Shown here: positions 10,919-22,005 of the stretch, piece after piece
How the letters are laid out: each line of letters begins with the position of its first letter
Numbering within the stretch: the first letter of the stretch is position 1
Source of the DNA: Chloropicon primus
Taxonomy: Eukaryota
Assembly (NCBI GenBank): GCA_023205875.1
Contig: CP060767.1
Location: 186,001-250,000, forward strand
Length of the DNA stretch: 64,000 nt
Direction of reading: 5' to 3'
Notes under the pieces: generated by a model
Database searches by the model: none
Seen by the model: the letters and a program-made list of their open reading frames with translations, nothing else
What the model was told of the DNA's origin: nothing
Position numbers and translations under genes: made by a program

Positions 10919-13900
10919 TTAAAGCAAGATGGGCGTGTGCCTCGAGAAATGACCTTGGCAGTCCATGGTAATGCTGCCAGCCTCGTTCGCACCCGTCGCA
11001 GCAGTGGAGGAATCGTTCGCACTTTTTTGTGCCTTTGCCATCTCCGTCAGAGGGTGGCCGACAAAGGCTTTGCAAACGTCCTGGAAGTCCAACTGTCTCA
11101 CAATGCCCTCGTGAAAGATCACGCTCCCGACCACGTTCCGATAGAGCATATGAAAGTATATGGTCTTCACGGGCTTGGTTGGGACAATTAGCCCGCACCT
11201 CCACCTCTTAACCCCGGTCATCGTGGTGGTCGCATTGTTGCTTGCGGCTTGCGATTCCAGTGGTCTTGAAAAGGTTACCATGTACCCATAGCCCATCGTT
11301 CTGTCTTCGTATTCCAAGTCAACGTAGAGGCTGTACCCTTCCGGGAACCTGGAGGGCAAGCCCTCGACTTGCGTGCTCTGGGCCGCGATGAAGATGGGCC
11401 TGTCCGAGCTCGTCTTCAGTTTGATCGTCTGCTTTGCACCGTACTGGTCGCTGATCGATTTCGAAGTCAGCTTTATTCCTTCGATGTACCGGGTGGCCTC
11501 GTACCCGCTGCCGAAGCTTTCCCAGTGCGCGGCCTCCTCAACGTCCAAGTCCTCAAATTTGCTGTTCTTCAGCAGATTATCCTTCGCCTCCTTGCCGTTA
11601 CCTTCCGTTAGCAGGTCGTCGAGAGTACACCCGTGGTTGAACTGGCTGAAAGTCGTGGCTCGGACCATGCTGAACAGCGTGTCGAGGCCGCCCAAGTTCA
11701 TTTTCGGCGACCTTAGGGAGTCCATGTGGTACGCGCTCTGAGCCATCTTTAGGGCGGGGGCCAAGTAGTTCAAGCTTGGAACCTCGTCGGCGTACCGTTC
11801 TACTGTGCTGACGAAAGGGGAGATGACCTTCCCCAGGTAGAGGTTTCGAGGGGAAGTTTTGCTCAGAGCATCGGGCGAGAGGCGGTACCAGAACAACGGT
11901 ATCGGCACGACTTGGAGGTTTGCCCCGCCAAGGGTCATCCTGGCCATAAGCTCCCAATCCTCTCCCGCGGCTTTCGCCATTTCTCCCTCCCAGCTCGAAT
12001 GGACCTTTTTGTGCTCCTCGAAGCCCCCGTAACGGTCGAAGGACGACTTCCTGAAGAGAGCGTTGGAGTCCCCGAAAACGTCCTTGTATACCCCGATCGA
12101 AGGGGAAGGCCCCAAGGGCATCCACTTGTTGATGGCTTTGATCGCATTCGTGTCCACGCCGTCGTACGGGCTACCTTCACTGACGAAGTACTGGTTTCCT
12201 GGCGACACGATGTCCGCCTCTGTGTTCATGGCAGTCATGAGCATGATCTCGATCTCCCTCGTTTTTGCGACGTTGTCGTCGTCCATGAAGAGCAAGTAAT
12301 CCCCCGACGCCTTGGATGCCCCAAGGTTTCTCGCAGAGCTTAGCGACACCTCAGCCTGAAGGCGGATGATCTCGGCTTCTGGCGCGAGCGCCTTGATGGC
12401 CTCCAACGACACGCCCGTTCCCGAGTGCGTGCTCGCGTTGTCGATGATTATGATCTCCGTTTTCTTGTGGCTCTGGTACACGAGGGACTTCACGGCCTGC
12501 TGCACTTTGTCCGGCCGGTTGTGGTGCACCAGGACCACAGACACCTTGGTTTTCGAGGTGTCTGGCTTCTGCTTCTTGGAGTCCCAAGGCCCTTCCCTCA
12601 TCTTCTTGTAGAGGTTCAGAAACCTCGACTTGGAGTCCGAGGTGTACTGGGAAACGACCTTGTAGACCCCCGAGCTCGCTATGCAGTCCTTTCTCGACAC
12701 CTCGTCCCTCACCTTGCTCCACATCAGCCTCGCGAGCTCGATGCCCTTCACGTCAAAGCCAGGGTCTCTGATGCCGTGCCGGGCCTTGAGGTCCTCCAAG
12801 AACTTCTCGTCCGTGACGTGCAAGCTCCTCGCGAACTCCGTGAGAATGGATTCGTACGCAATGAAGGGGGCGTTCTGCAGCACGGCTTGGAGGACGTTCC
12901 TCACGCCGCCGCCGCTGCCACCGAATTGCACGATGACTCTCACGCCGCCCCTCGACTTGGCTTTCATGACCTCCGACCTCTGGGTGTGGACGCCCAGCTT
13001 GTACCCCCTCATCTCGCCCAGCCTCGTCTTGATGATCTCCGACCCCATGCGCGTTTGGCTCAGCCTGCCCCCCCTGTACTTGACGTTCGAAACCCAAGCG
13101 TCAGTCCCAGAGAAGCTCACTTCCACCTCGCCAATCTCCGTAACGTTCGCATGCATCCAGCTCAGCGCGTCGAGCATGGTCCCCAAACCGTTGTCGTTCG
13201 TGAACGTCCCCTCGAACCGGAGGGCCTTGACAAGGTGCTTCTCCGACTGCCCGCCGGAAGCATCCTTTGCACCAATGGACGAAGGCGCGAACGGCAGCAC
13301 GTACACGTGCCTCCCAGGCATCGCGAGCCCCCCCGCTCCATCTTTTTCCTTGCTCGACCTTCCCTTCTCGGGCACTCTCATGAACTCGGGCAAGTAATCT
13401 TTTGCCTGTCGGTCAAGCTCCCCTAGGAGGGCCGTGTTGTCCACAATGGTGACGTCGGCGAGGGAGGCCGCCGTGGCTTCCATGTACATCGCCTCTTGCT
13501 GCTCCACCTCCTCCAGAATCGGGAGCTCCTCCCTGAGCAGGGCGTACTTGCCGGAGGACGTCTTGTGCTCAAAGTAGACCACGATGTTGGAATGCTTCAG
13601 TCCCAAGCCCTGCCTCTTGGCCAGCGCGCTGTAGTGGGCGAGGTGCGGCGTCAAGAACAGGGTAGAGTCACATGTGTCCCCGCCCAGGTCGCGTTCTCCC
13701 CCCCCGCTGTCCAGCTTGCCCTCCGGGTCCTCGAGGGGATCGAGCTTGGCCAGCCACTCCAGGATCTGGTAAGATAGTCGAGCCGGCCTCGAGATGTCTG
13801 CCCACACCAAGGGCTCTTTGAGCCACCGGACCGAGACCTTTTCGACTTGGGAGTAATCTTCCCGGATCAGCTCGGAGAGGAACGTCTGGGATATCTTGAC

Positions 13901-14739
13901 GTGGCAGCTGGAGTCCGGCCCCCTCGACCCGTCCTCGGGGCAGTGGGTGTCCCCCATGATCAGCTCGATCTTCACAAAAGTGTCGTCCTTGAGAAACATG
14001 TTCACAAACTGGTGGACGGCGCTGAAGCTGTTGGACAGGGTCATGGCATCTTCCGCGCTCTGCACGATGCACAGCTTCTTCCTCTTCCCTTGGTCACGCG
14101 CGCTCCCGCCCGAAGCTGGCCCTGTCAGAAGGTCTTGGAGCTCATCAAAGTCGATGGCCTCGAAATGGGACCCGAACCCCCCCCCCGCGCCCTGGGCACC
14201 ACCTCTCCCTACCACCTCCGCCTTCCCGCCAGCCTCTGGCACCGCGCACGGCTTGGTCGCGGACACGACCTTCTGCACGGAGTCGAGCTCCGATATTTCA
14301 TCCAGGGCCAGCATCCTGCGAGTTCAACGCGAGCGAACGCACCGAGGAGGTGGAGTTGTCGTCAGTCACGTCCATCCCATCGTCGCACAAGAGAAGAGAA
14401 AGTTTGTTTTGGGAGTTATCGAAGGAGGAGGAGAATGAAGGTGTTTTGCGTGCGCGCGCGCGTGTATGTGTGAGAAACCTTTTGACACATCGACGGCGGG
14501 AATCTTTCCTTCGATCCACTCTCGGATGCGTTCCGTCTCACTTACGCCCACAAGGTTGCGGATGCGCCGACGAAGGCGAGGACAACCACCCAGATCCTGT
14601 TCCTGCGCCACCCCTTCTTCTTGGACTTGCCAGGTGCGGACGCGCCAGCCCTCTTTCCTTTGCTGCCGTTGTACTTGGTGGAGTTCGTCGTGTTGGGCAT
14701 CGGCAGTCCTCCACCCTTGGGCGAGGCCGGGGTCATCAT
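10919..14739 (-). CDS. Type II membrane multidomain glycosyltransferase (degenerate GT-B-like region + GT2 domain + putative carbohydrate-binding module), 2 exons
   Basis: Exon 1 (14739-14546; basic tail plus TM segment RIWVVVLAFVGASATLWA, donor GTAAGT) joins in frame to exon 2 (14315-10919). GT2 motifs: VSVVLVHHNRP, IIIIDNAS, ARNLGASKASGDYLLFMDDDN, GGF..EDWEL and PLFWYR. Confidence 0.8.
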
Positions 14740-15469
14740 GGTGCCCTTTCTCGCGAGACCACCTAGGATGGGACGGACAAGCAGAAAGCAGCAGCCACGA
14801 AAGGAGTCACGAGAGATCTCGCCTGGTCAGTGGTCTGCCGTCAAAACGGAACCAATTGTTCGAAGCGGAGGGGAGGGCGCTTTGAGCGAGGCACGATCCA
14901 CGCCCACGCCCACGCCCTCTCCGAAACACTGCTTACTGAGTCACTGGGGGGTCTCTGTCTCACCGGGTTTCTCCAAGAGATAAATCGTATTATTTCGTTG
15001 TAAAATCCTCGAAACCGAACCAGATCCCTCGAGCGGGACCAAGATCAAGGAAAGATCTGTCGATGGGAAACCCTCCTCGCCACTCGGTCGCCCCTTCACC
15101 GCGTTTAATCCTCGCCGCTCGGTCACCCCTTACCTCTCGATCCGCTCCAGACCCCGACGATCACGAAGCCCAAATCTTGATCAAAATGTGACATGTGAAA
15201 TGTTTGATGTTTGATGATTCAAATCACTCGAAAGGACAGAAGCTCTTTGGCCGCGCGAAGAGGTAAGGTTTGGCGAGGGTTTTGACCCCAGTAGCCGAAG
15301 CGAGGGACGAGATAGAAGCCAATATCTCGACGCATCGTCTCTTGATCTTTCCAAAGACCTCTTGTTCGAAAAAAACGGACTGCATCTTGCCTTTCCTTTT
15401 CTAAAACGAAAAGCCACCTCTCTTGAACCCTTTCATGGCCATGGCCATCGCCATGTCCACAGGAGTAGG

Positions 15470-18400
15470 ATGAGGACCACGCTGACTTGGTCGGACAGCG
15501 TGCCGGAGCGCGATGACGTCCGTAACGTGTGTTATAACCTGGCGTTCAACCCGGATGGCACGCAGCTCGTCGCTGGGGTCGGGACTCGCGTGCTCGTGTA
15601 CGACGCCATGGACGGTGACCTCCTCCATAGCCTGAAGGGTCACAAGGATGCGGTGTACTGCATAGCGTATGCGAATGACGGGAAGAGGTTCGCCAGTGGA
15701 AGTGCGGACAAGAACGTGATCATCTGGACAAGCAAAGCGGAGGGGATACTGAGGTATTCTCACGATGACTCGATCCAGGCGTTGTCGTACAACCCCGTGA
15801 CCCAGCAGCTGGCCTCGGCGACCGCGAGTGACTTTGGGCTGTGGTCGCCCGAGCAGAAGAGCGTGACCAAGCAGAAGGTGGGATCCAAGGTGCTTTGCCT
15901 GGCTTGGACGAACGATGGGCAGTACCTGGCGCTGGGGCACTACAACGGGAACGTGAGCATCCGGGACAAGTCGGGGATGGAGAAAGTCTTGATCGAGAAG
16001 AGCGCGCAGGTGTGGTGCCTGACGTGGAACCCGAGCCGCTACGAGACGTACGACGTCTTGGCCGTGGGCTGCTTCAACGGGACCGTCTCCTTCTACCAGC
16101 TCTCCGGTGCCCAGCTGGGGAAGGAGGTGAAGCTGGGGTACGACCCGCTCTCGCTGAGCTACAGCACCGACGGGGAGTTCCTCAACGTGGGAGGAACGAA
16201 TAGAAAGGTGCAGCTTTACAGCAAGGAAGGGACGTTTTTGGGATCCACGACGGAGATGGACTCGTGGATCTGGTGCGTCAAGCCGAGGCCGAGGCACAAC
16301 TACCTTGCGATGGGATGCGAGGACGGCACCGTGGCGGTCCACCAGATATCCTTCTCCACGGTTCACGGCCTGTACAGGGACAGGTACGCTTACAGGGAGA
16401 ACATGACGGACGTGGTGGTGCAGAACTTGCTGAGCGAGCAGAAGGTCAGGATCAGGTGCAGGGACTGCGTCAAGCTCATTGCCATGTACAAGAACCGGCT
16501 GGCGGTGCAACTCACGGACCGCATCATCATTTACGAGGTCGAGAACTCGAGAGACTCTGGGAACATGAGTTACAGGGTGTTCACGAAGATCCCCCAGAAG
16601 CTCGAGTGCAACTTGCTGGTCGTGACCAGCCACCACTTCCTGCTTTGCTTGGAGAAGAAGCTCCAGATCTACACATTTCATGGCGTGAAGGAGAGGGAGT
16701 GGAACTTGGACTCGATCATTCGCTACATCAAGGTCATTGGCGGCCCGAGGAGGCGAGAGTCCATCCTCGTGGGACTGAAGAACGGGCTGGTGCTGAAGAT
16801 TTTCATCAACAACCCGTTCCCGGTGGAGCTGGTGAAGCACCCGGTCGCCGTGAGGTGCCTCGACCTGTCCGCCTCTCGGCAGAAGCTCGCCATAGTGGAC
16901 GAGAACGCGAAGATTTACGTGTACAACCTCAAGGGAAGCTTCGTGAAGAACCCAAAGACCGGGGAGAAGCAGATGTTGATGGAGGCCAAGGAGCTCTTCT
17001 TGGACGAAGGGGCGACGAGCGTGGCCTGGAACTCTGACTTCGAGGACATGCTGTGCTACACCGGGAGGAACACGCTGAACATCAAGACCGGGGACTTTCC
17101 CGTGCACTCTCAGAAGCTCTCTGGCTTCGTGGTAGGGTTCATGTCCTCCAAGATCTTTTGCTTGCACTACCAGACGATGGAGACGATTGATGTCCCGCAG
17201 TCTGTGAGCATGAACCGCTACTTGGAGATCGGGGACTACAAGAGGGCCTACCAGGTCGCCTGCCTGGGCGTCTCCGAGGAAGACTGGAGGCACTTGGGAA
17301 TGCAGGCACTTCAGCAGAACCAGATAGAGACTGCCCGCAACGCCTTTGTCAGAATCTGCGACATCAAGAGCATCTCCTTGCTGAGCTACGTGGAGCAGGA
17401 GCTCGTCTCGAGCAGCGGGAACCTTGGAATCGCCAAGAAGCTGGTCAAGGCGAAGATGCTGGCTTTCCAGGGGAGGTACCAAGAAGCCGCTCGGATGTAC
17501 GCCGAGTGCAATAGGGTCGAGCGAGCCATGGAGATGTTCAGCGACCTGAGGCAGTTTGAGGAGGCAAAGCAGTGGGCGGAGCAGTACTCTCACAACAAGG
17601 AGGCGCAAGTGGAATCCGTAAGAGAGGTCATTCAGCGCCAAGCGCAGTGGAGCGAGGAAGTCAACGACTTCGAGGCCGCTGGGGAGATGTACATGAAAGC
17701 CAAGAACTACGAGAAGGCCGCGGCTCTGTTCATCCACCAGAATTTGAACAACAAGCTGATCGAGATCGTGCGCATCTTGCCGTCCTCCGCTGGATCACAG
17801 AAGCTGCTGAATACGATAGCCGCCCACTTTGTCAAGTCCTGCGATGCCCATGCAGCAAAAGCAAGCAAGGCGGCCACGCAGGAGGTGAGCAGCAGCCCCA
17901 AGGACGGCGACGCCATCAGCTTCAGTTATGCCAAGGAAGTCTTCGTGAAGATGGACGACCTTTCGTCCCTCGTGGAGCTCTGCATCAAGCACGCCAAGTG
18001 GGACGATGCGATCTCCATCGCCAAGCAGAAGAACTCCAAGGCAATGATCTCAAAGGTCTACATCTCGCACGCCAGGTGGCTTGCTGAGAATGACCAGTTC
18101 GAGGCCGCGAGGAAGTCCTACCTGCTCGCGGGAAGGCCGGAGGAGGCCACGCAGATGCTGGAGGAGATGTGCGACAACGCCATCACGGAAGACAGGTATC
18201 TTGACGCATCATTCTACTTTTACCAGCTGGCCATGGATACTGCGATGATCTACGAGGAGGAGCACGAGCTCAAAGGCCAGCAGGGGGTAGGGAATTTTCA
18301 GAAGAATTTTCAGAAGAAGTTCGACCGGTTTTACCACCTCGCCGAGGTTTGCTATGCTTACCACTACGTGCTGCAGTCCGTGAGGGAGCCATTCACGGAT

Positions 18401-19711
18401 GCGTTGCCCAGTGTCCTTTACAACATGGCCTGCTTCCTCGTTCTCAAAGTAGTCTCCAGGGAGACGCAATCCAAGCCGATCCTTGAGCCCCCAAAGGGGA
18501 TGAGCACCGTTACGATCCTGCAGTGCCTTGCCAAGTACGCGGAGCAGATGGGAGCTTACAATCTCGCGAGGTTCGTGTACAACAGACTCGGTTCGCTCAA
18601 CATGTGCAACCCAAAGCACCAGGAGAACAACGACTTGCTCTCCCTGGCCGTGAGGGCCAAGCCCTTCAAGGACAGGGAGAGCTTGCTTCCCGTCTGCTTC
18701 CTTTGCGGCTCCCAGAACCCGAATGTGGGGTCGAGGCAGAGCGTGAGCTCGGAGGACGTCTGTCATTCCTGCGGCACCAAGTTCGAGAGGAGCTTTGCGA
18801 CCTTTGAGTACCTACCCGTCGTGGAGTTTCACCTTGCCCCGGGCATAGATGAGAGGGAGGCCATCCACCTGCTGAAGGAGGCCTGCGAGCCCTCCAGCCA
18901 CCCTGAGGATGGTATGGACAGTGGTGGCATGGCGCACCACGGCGGTGGCTACGGCTATGACCAGGGGGGAGGCTCTTCAGCGGGCGAAGTTGACGAGGGT
19001 CAGCAGGTTCTGAGTTTGGACACGGACATGGAAGAAGCGAGCAAACTTGTGGACCAGCAGCTCAGGCAGAGTGGGAACGGGTACCCTTCTGCCTCTGGGA
19101 TGTCCCAAATGCAGTCCGTGATCGGAAGAGAAGAGTTGAAGCAGATGCACGCCTCGGAGGTCATCGTTCACCGTTGGCCAGGCAAGATTCACAAGACGAA
19201 GTTTTTCAGGGTGTTGGATCCGGATGCCCAAGTCATGCTGGGAAGCTGCGGTCACTTTTATGAGCAGGACGAGTACGAGATGTTCCTCCTCGAGAAGGGC
19301 ATCGCTCCATTCTCCAGGGTGCCCATGGACCAGTCCAGTGCGGAAAAGATGGACCTCGGGTACGTGTCTGGCATGCTGGAAGCGGAGGGCGACAGCGACG
19401 GCGACGTTGCTGAGAGTCGCGGGGCCTCTGACGCCTCCGATGCTTTGGACCCCTACAGAAGCAAAGGCAGGGGTGGAAAGAAAAGATCTGGGAATTATCA
19501 CATGGACGGGGAGAACCAGGGAGGCACGAGATTCTCGTCGCACTCAAAGAAGGTTGAAGCGGCTGCCGCGCTCGTCGCGAATTCTCTGGAGAACCAGAGC
19601 TACAGGCAGAACCACAAAGTGGAGAGCCAGTTTGGCTCGGTCGTGATGAAGCCTTCCCAAATGGGTGGTGCCATACCTCCGCGGCCCCAAAGCAGGGGCG
19701 TCCAGAGGTGA
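15470..19711 (+). CDS. IFT122: Intraflagellar transport protein 122 (IFT-A, WDR10)
   Basis: N-terminal WD40 repeats (LKGHKDAVYCIAYANDGKRFASGSADKNVIIWTSKAEGILRYSH), FSTVHGLYRDRYAYRENMTDVVVQ, TPR region with AMEMFSDLRQF, and C-terminal zinc-ribbon cysteines (PVCFLCGSQNP, CHSCG). The ATG at 15470 gives the typical MRT..W start. Confidence 0.95.
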   Translation: MRTTLTWSDSVPERDDVRNVCYNLAFNPDGTQLVAGVGTRVLVYDAMDGDLLHSLKGHKDAVYCIAYANDGKRFASGSADKNVIIWTSKAEGILRYSHDDSIQALSYNPVTQQLASATASDFGLWSPEQKSVTKQKVGSKVLCLAWTNDGQYLALGHYNGNVSIRDKSGMEKVLIEKSAQVWCLTWNPSRYETYDVLAVGCFNGTVSFYQLSGAQLGKEVKLGYDPLSLSYSTDGEFLNVGGTNRKVQLYSKEGTFLGSTTEMDSWIWCVKPRPRHNYLAMGCEDGTVAVHQISFSTVHGLYRDRYAYRENMTDVVVQNLLSEQKVRIRCRDCVKLIAMYKNRLAVQLTDRIIIYEVENSRDSGNMSYRVFTKIPQKLECNLLVVTSHHFLLCLEKKLQIYTFHGVKEREWNLDSIIRYIKVIGGPRRRESILVGLKNGLVLKIFINNPFPVELVKHPVAVRCLDLSASRQKLAIVDENAKIYVYNLKGSFVKNPKTGEKQMLMEAKELFLDEGATSVAWNSDFEDMLCYTGRNTLNIKTGDFPVHSQKLSGFVVGFMSSKIFCLHYQTMETIDVPQSVSMNRYLEIGDYKRAYQVACLGVSEEDWRHLGMQALQQNQIETARNAFVRICDIKSISLLSYVEQELVSSSGNLGIAKKLVKAKMLAFQGRYQEAARMYAECNRVERAMEMFSDLRQFEEAKQWAEQYSHNKEAQVESVREVIQRQAQWSEEVNDFEAAGEMYMKAKNYEKAAALFIHQNLNNKLIEIVRILPSSAGSQKLLNTIAAHFVKSCDAHAAKASKAATQEVSSSPKDGDAISFSYAKEVFVKMDDLSSLVELCIKHAKWDDAISIAKQKNSKAMISKVYISHARWLAENDQFEAARKSYLLAGRPEEATQMLEEMCDNAITEDRYLDASFYFYQLAMDTAMIYEEEHELKGQQGVGNFQKNFQKKFDRFYHLAEVCYAYHYVLQSVREPFTDALPSVLYNMACFLVLKVVSRETQSKPILEPPKGMSTVTILQCLAKYAEQMGAYNLARFVYNRLGSLNMCNPKHQENNDLLSLAVRAKPFKDRESLLPVCFLCGSQNPNVGSRQSVSSEDVCHSCGTKFERSFATFEYLPVVEFHLAPGIDEREAIHLLKEACEPSSHPEDGMDSGGMAHHGGGYGYDQGGGSSAGEVDEGQQVLSLDTDMEEASKLVDQQLRQSGNGYPSASGMSQMQSVIGREELKQMHASEVIVHRWPGKIHKTKFFRVLDPDAQVMLGSCGHFYEQDEYEMFLLEKGIAPFSRVPMDQSSAEKMDLGYVSGMLEAEGDSDGDVAESRGASDASDALDPYRSKGRGGKKRSGNYHMDGENQGGTRFSSHSKKVEAAAALVANSLENQSYRQNHKVESQFGSVVMKPSQMGGAIPPRPQSRGVQR

Positions 19712-19882
19712 GGCGGCCGGAATGGAACCGGGTAAATCGGTAAAGTTTGTGTGTGTGTTTACAGTAAAATTCTTTTTTTCTTTCTTTTCTTTTCGCTATT
19801 TGATAATATAAACGCCTTCGCAGGGGAATCGTTCCCAGCGCAACAAATCAAAGCTAGCTCCAAGCAGCTCTCGCCCCTCGGC

Positions 19883-20812
19883 CTAGTTGTCCTGCATCGC
19901 GTAAATCCTGGTCCAGTCTTTCGCTATGCCGATCGCCGCGTTCTCGTCTTCTCTCCACTGCCTCGCCACGTTCTCGTCTAGTGGGTCGTCCGGGTTTGGT
20001 GACGACAGGAGCGCCTGGATGGAGAGCAGCACCGTCCTGATCTGGAGCGCGGGGGACCACTTGTCCTTCAAGATGTCCAAGCATATCCTCCCGAGCTTGT
20101 CGATGTTCGGGTGATAGATCTTGGTCAGGAAGCGAACCTGAGGAGAGGAAGGCCGCAGCAGCACAAGCAGGAGCAAGGAGAGAGAGAGAGAGCAAACACG
20201 GCGCGTCAGCCCAAGAGGAACGTGAAGCCAAACAGAGCAGAGATCCGAAGGATCAACAAGTCTGCGAGTTCGCCGAAATCGCGAACGTACCTTTGGTGCA
20301 GCCATGGGGTAATCCTCTGGCAGGTAGAGCTCCAACTTGTACACTCCTCCTTCATACGGCGAAGTCGTGGGTCCTATGATCATAACGTTGAAGTAACGAG
20401 CGTTCTCTTCGCTTGGCGAAGCGGATATGCCTGGAGCAGGCTCCGCCAGCAATCGCTGAGTCTCCTGCTCTCCCGCGAAAGAGGGAAACACAAAACACAA
20501 AACCAAGGTCAACCACACTGATCATCAAACTCCAACATCAACAACCTCTTTGCTCCTCGCTTGTTCAACCCAGACAGATCCCGGTGCCACAACACAGAGA
20601 GAAGAGAGAGAGGTTGGTGTTGTTGTGATGGAGATGTCTTCGCCGTGGCCTCCTCCATCACAAGGCGAACCCCTTCCCCTCCCCTTCTCTCTCTCTCTCT
20701 CTCCTTGGCCTTGGCCTTGGCTCGAACCCGTTCCCGATGCCGCAAAAGAGCGAAAGCCTTGGCGGTGGAAGGTGTCGACCCTTACCTTGATAATCCTCTT
20801 GGGCAGCGCCAT
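19883..20812 (-). CDS. UBC13: Ubiquitin-conjugating enzyme E2 N (UBC13/UBC35), 3 exons, 151 aa
   Basis: Exons 20812-20786 (MALPKRIIK), 20464-20291 ([22 protein letters not shown]) and 20137-19883 ([44 protein letters not shown]); all boundaries are GT-AG. Confidence 0.97.
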
Positions 20813-20823
20813 GATGCCTCCGA

Positions 20824-20861
<38 letters not shown>

Positions 20862-20907
20862 TGGTCGTGGTCGCCCCTCTCGCGTCGAGGGTTTTCGTGC
20901 GTGTGAG

Positions 20908-21618
20908 TTTCCAATGAACCCTCACTTGAAAGGAAGAGAAGAGGTCTGGGGAGGACAGACAGTTGGCCAAGGTGAGTGGGAGGGAGAGGGAGAGGGGAGA
21001 GGAGAGAAGGTGGGTGGGTGTTTGATGAGGGAGGGGAGTGGTGCGGATGGAACTGATTTGTCTTGCTCTTTCCAATGAACCCTCACTTGAAAGGAAGAGA
21101 AGAGGTCTGGGGAGGACAGACAGTTGGCCAAGGTGAGTGGGAGAGAGAGGGAGAGGGAGAGAGGAGAGGAGAGAAGGTGGGTGGGTGTTTGATGAGGGAG
21201 GGGAGTGGTGCGGATGGAACTGATTTGTCTTGCTCTTTCCAATGAACCCTCACTTGAAAGGAAGAGAAGAGGTCTGGGGAGGACAGACAGTTGGCCAAGG
21301 TGAGTGGGAGAGGGAGGGAGAGGGAGAGAGGAGAGGAGAGAGGGTGGGTGTGTGTTTGATGAGGGAGGGGAGTGGTGCGGATGGAACTGATTTGTCTTGC
21401 TCTTTCCAATGAACCCTCACTTGAAAGGAAGAGAAGAGGTCTGGGGAGGACAGACAGTTGGCCAAGGTGAGTGGGAGAGAGAGGGAGAGGGAGAGAGGAG
21501 AGGAGAGAGGGTGGGTGGGTGTTTGATGAGGGAGGGGAGTGGTGCGGATGGAACTGATTTGTCTTGCTCTTTCCAATGAACCCTCACTTGAAAGGAAGAG
21601 AAGAGGTCTGGGGAGGAC
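20908..21618. repeat. Near-perfect tandem array, ~4.3 copies of a 161-167-bp unit
   Basis: CAATGAACCCTCACTTGAAAGGAAGAGAAGAGGTCTGGGGAGGAC recurs at about 20912, 21073, 21240, 21407 and 21574. Units differ mainly in an internal GA-rich tract. Confidence 0.97.
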
Positions 21619-22005
21619 TGGAGGGACAGAGTTGTACAGAGGACCAAGGGGGTGAGTGAGTGCAGTGATGGAGGAGTGTTGAAACAGGTGATACTGACGT
21701 GCCTTCACCTTTGTGTGTCTTGATCCTTCCAAGGAAGTCTCACTTGACAATACTGGACAGATAGAGAACATCTCGAGGGAGAGGAGCTGGGAGAGAGAGA
21801 GAGAGAGAGAGAAGAGTGCCAGGAGGTCTCGCTGGTGAGGACAGACCTGTGGTTGGTACCAAAGGTGACGTCTTTGGTGGCGCAAGCAGCATCGAACTCG
21901 CCACGGCATGTCTCGGCGGCGGCGGGTCACGACACCCCTCCACTATCATGATGGGATCAGCCTGTTTTGATTCTCGTTGACCTGGCCTCGTGTGTGTGGC
22001 TCAGC

